Below are positions 30,561 to 33,865 of a stretch of 33,865 nt of DNA, in pieces. Under the pieces are notes generated by a model. That model did no database searches and was not told the DNA's origin. It saw only the letters and a list, made by a program, of their open reading frames with translations. The first letter of the stretch is position 1. Each line of letters begins with the position of its first letter. Source of the stretch: Nemertoderma westbladi (taxonomy: Eukaryota; Animalia; Xenacoelomorpha); NCBI GenBank assembly GCA_032718475.1, contig JAUCBJ010005847.1, positions 1 through 33,865 of the forward strand, in the 5' to 3' direction. Made by a program: the position numbers and the translations under genes.

Positions 30561-32561
30561 GATGGCAGTATAACATATTTTTTTAAATAATTAATAAATT
30601 AATTAATCAAAATTTGAGTAATAATTATCAGAATCATCCCTGATTAAGTAGTGAATATAATACAAAATGTCCAAAGGAAAACCAAAGTATCAAAGTATCC
30701 CCAATTGGGGGGAGGGGGGGGGGGGGGGGAGTAAGATAATCAATTTGGGGTGAATATCTCAGATCCTTGATAGATCCTTATATGTGGGACTGTATGGCCA
30801 TTCCAAGATGTTATTGTTATAATGTTAATGCAAAGCAATCAAAATTACAAAAAAACCGCAAAAACACTCATAGTCACATCGCTTGACAGTATTCAGAACA
30901 TGTTAGATCCCCCCTGGATAAGTGCCATATAGTAAAGCTCCTTCCCCTTTGTCCACACTAACAACACATTAGGTAAGTTTACTTACTCAAATTTAAACGG
31001 CGAAAAGGGAAGGTTTCAGGTTGCGACGAAAATAACGTTTTTATTAAGCAAAACAGCGTATTGCAACATTCGTAAAATAAACATAATTAAACATAAGCAC
31101 GAGTAAAATAATTATATAATAAAATAATATAACATTATTATTCTTAAAGGCCAACCAGTTCACTGCTAATAGGATGATTATAAACAAGCTGTGATGGGTG
31201 TTAGTTATCCAATGCTATTTATCAATTAAGTGAAAGGAGCAGGTTATTGTGACATGTAAAACTAACCAAAACAATTAACGGGAGTCGTTGCACATGGTAA
31301 CGGTAACAGTTTCATAAACAGCTGCCGGTACACAATAACCTTTATTGAGTTGATTTTATTTATCGGGGCGTAGATTGCTCTTGGCCAAGAGTGGACGCTG
31401 GTTAATCCTTCTCACGGGCGAATTTGCTGGGAATATAAAGGCCCATTACTTGCCACTGTAACCTTCTCCTATCCCTTAATTGGCAATCATTTACTGTGCG
31501 TGCAGGTTTCTCACTGAGAAATCGGAACGGCTGTTCGAAAACTCCTACTTTTCATCTTTGTGATGATGATTATTTTTTAAAGAGTTTCAATACTATTGGT
31601 TTATATTAATATACAATATTACAATTTTACTTACACTTTACACATCTGTTACTTCAATGTTTTAGAGCTCTGGAATCAAGTTACGGTACTTTACAGAAAT
31701 CTTGGAGATAAAGGGGATTATTAGTCGATCGAGACACTTTCTAAAAGCTTGTAAAATAGTTCAGAGGGAACGAACTATTACATAATAATTCGATGTTTGA
31801 ACTAATTGGGGATGCGTTGGTAATGCAACTGTAAAAAAAAATGTAATAAATCTATAGTCGATTCGGTCTGGGTGGCCTTTATTTTTTTGATACTTTGTTT
31901 ACATCGTTAGTAATAAGCCTACATAAAAATATATTTGAAAAATATTATAAAATACCCATGAGAATGCAATAATTAGAGTGGCTGTTTTAATAATACAGTC
32001 ACTGTTAACATTCCTTAAAATATTGTTATATTATATCTAAAATTATGAGCTAATATTATATGGTAAATTTTCACCTTTAAGCCTTAACATAAATGCAGAG
32101 TCCTAACGCTCGAAGTTGAATTGCACTAAAGTAAAATACAAACTATACCAACATGGCTGAATCGATGCATGAGAGTGGAGAATAATATTCACATATTTGT
32201 CAACAATAATTAGTAATTCACAAGAGTGCACTAATATTGAATTCACCGCGCCAGTCCCCAAAGTTTATACTTATTTGCCTTCTTTTACCAGTTTTTTTTG
32301 TTTCATTCGCCGATTTTGGAACCAGATTTTCACTTGGTTTTCATTAAGGTTCAAGGATGCTGCAATCTCAACCCGCCTTGCTCTATAAAATAATATAAAA
32401 AATATTACATATGCATAAATATAAAATTGTGTCAACATTACTTACACCTATTATGGTATGCTTTTTATAAATTAATATACAATAATTGTTTATTATCAAG
32501 AATTAGTTATTGTTTTTATATTTCGTTGTTATGCCTGTTTTATTAATTCACAATTTCACTG

Positions 32562-33469
32562 CATCATGTCCCAGAATATAGTGTCGTAATTCAGTGACAC
32601 GCCCCCCCCCCCCCCCCTAATTTTTCTACAAATCTTAATGAGATTGCATGAAATTTGAAACAGAGATAGTTTCACCTCCCGACCACTGACTGGGTGAGCC
32701 AGAATTTATATTTTTGCTTTCAATCTTTTCTACAAGCGTTAAAAAAAGTGTCTCCAGCGATATTACACCAGTTACACCGCAGTTATTCTTCTACCTTATA
32801 GCTGTTTCTTGGTACCAATGGTAAGCTGGCCCTGCAAGGATTTCAAATATGTAACGCAATTTGAATTTTGTTGAAAAATAGCTGAGATATGAGCGTTCAA
32901 ATATTGCATGGTTTTGCACCGGCGCGAGGCTATTTTATTCTATTTAATAAACATAATCTGGAACATTTTGTTTATCCAAATACGTAGCTGGGCAACAGTG
33001 CATTACATCTTTAATCATACTATTACGTGACTATTCATTCATACAATTAAAAAATGTTCCAGAATATGGTTTATTTATTAAATAGAATAAAATAGCCTCG
33101 CGCCGGTGCAAAACCATGCAATATTTGAACGCTCATATCTCAGCTATTTTTCGACAAAATTCAAATTGCGTTACATATTTGAAATCCTTGCAGGGCCAGC
33201 TTTCCATTGGTACCAACAAACAGCTATAAGGTAGAAGAATAACTGCGGTGTAACTGGTGTAATATCGCTGGAGACACTTTTTTTAACGCTTGTAGAAAAG
33301 ATTGAAAGCAAAAATAAAAATTCTGGCTCACCCACTCAGTGGTCGGGAGGTGAAACTAACTCTGTTTCAAATTTCATGGAATCTCATTAAGATTTGTAGA
33401 AAAATTAGGGGGGGGGGGGGGGGGGGTGGCGTGTCACTGAATTACGACACTATATTCTGGGAAATGGTG
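32562..33469. mobile_element. ~910-bp palindromic MITE with ~410-bp near-identical arms
   Basis: 32562-32969 is the reverse complement of 33051-33469 with few mismatches; ~80-bp spacer; poly-C/poly-G tracts near the ends. The right end reads TA|CACCATTTCCCAG inward and the left end is slightly decayed. Confidence 0.93.
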
Positions 33470-33865
33470 TATTACTTTACACCCTGTTCTTAGAGTAATA
33501 TTGATGGTGATATGTATTTTACATACTTCGGCTAACATCCATGAAATACAATGCGCTACATCTCTGCAAAAAAATATAACACCGCCAGAGTTCAAGATCG
33601 ACATAAAAAGTTGCGTGCCCAAGTCACCGGCGGAATTGATCACCATTGATCACCTGAAAAAGATCGCAAACCCCCGCCCCTAACTTAATAGAGTTCAAGA
33701 TCTGCCTTATGAAATCCACAATTCTTCTGAAATTTCAAGACTATGTGTATTTATCAAACGTTTAGGAATGCTAAGGGCTGACCTCGACCTCCTACCATCA
33801 GGCCGCCATAGGCCATAGATCTTATGTCTTACATGCAGGGTAGTGCTGGGTTTTTACTATGATGT

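Overview
AT-rich eukaryotic DNA, most likely from an invertebrate animal, with two divergently oriented protein-coding genes separated by about 13.5 kb of transposon debris. (1) Minus strand: a two-exon gene reconstructed by hand. A signal-peptide exon (3983-3923, not in the ORF track) splices in phase 1 to a large exon (2832-1250), giving a 547-aa predicted secreted protein of ten tandem ShKT-like domains with Thr/Pro linkers. Every domain has only 4 of the 6 canonical cysteines. Its intron holds a 30-bp minisatellite that is an amplified copy of its own splice donor. (2) Plus strand: a full-length CFAP47-like ciliary gene (3142 aa) encoded in one uninterrupted 9.4-kb ORF. It has a splice acceptor just before the ATG and a candidate NF-Y/RFX/forkhead promoter about 2 kb upstream. 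The rest contains decayed LINEs (two RTE-like RT fragments, a CRE-like RLE fragment with a target-site duplication, a CR1/L2 tail), a 2.55-kb foldback element rich in X-box motifs, several palindromic MITEs and recurrent TA-flanked micro-insertions. No RNA genes, CRISPR arrays or prokaryotic systems were found. All family assignments come from motif recognition by eye, not database searches.
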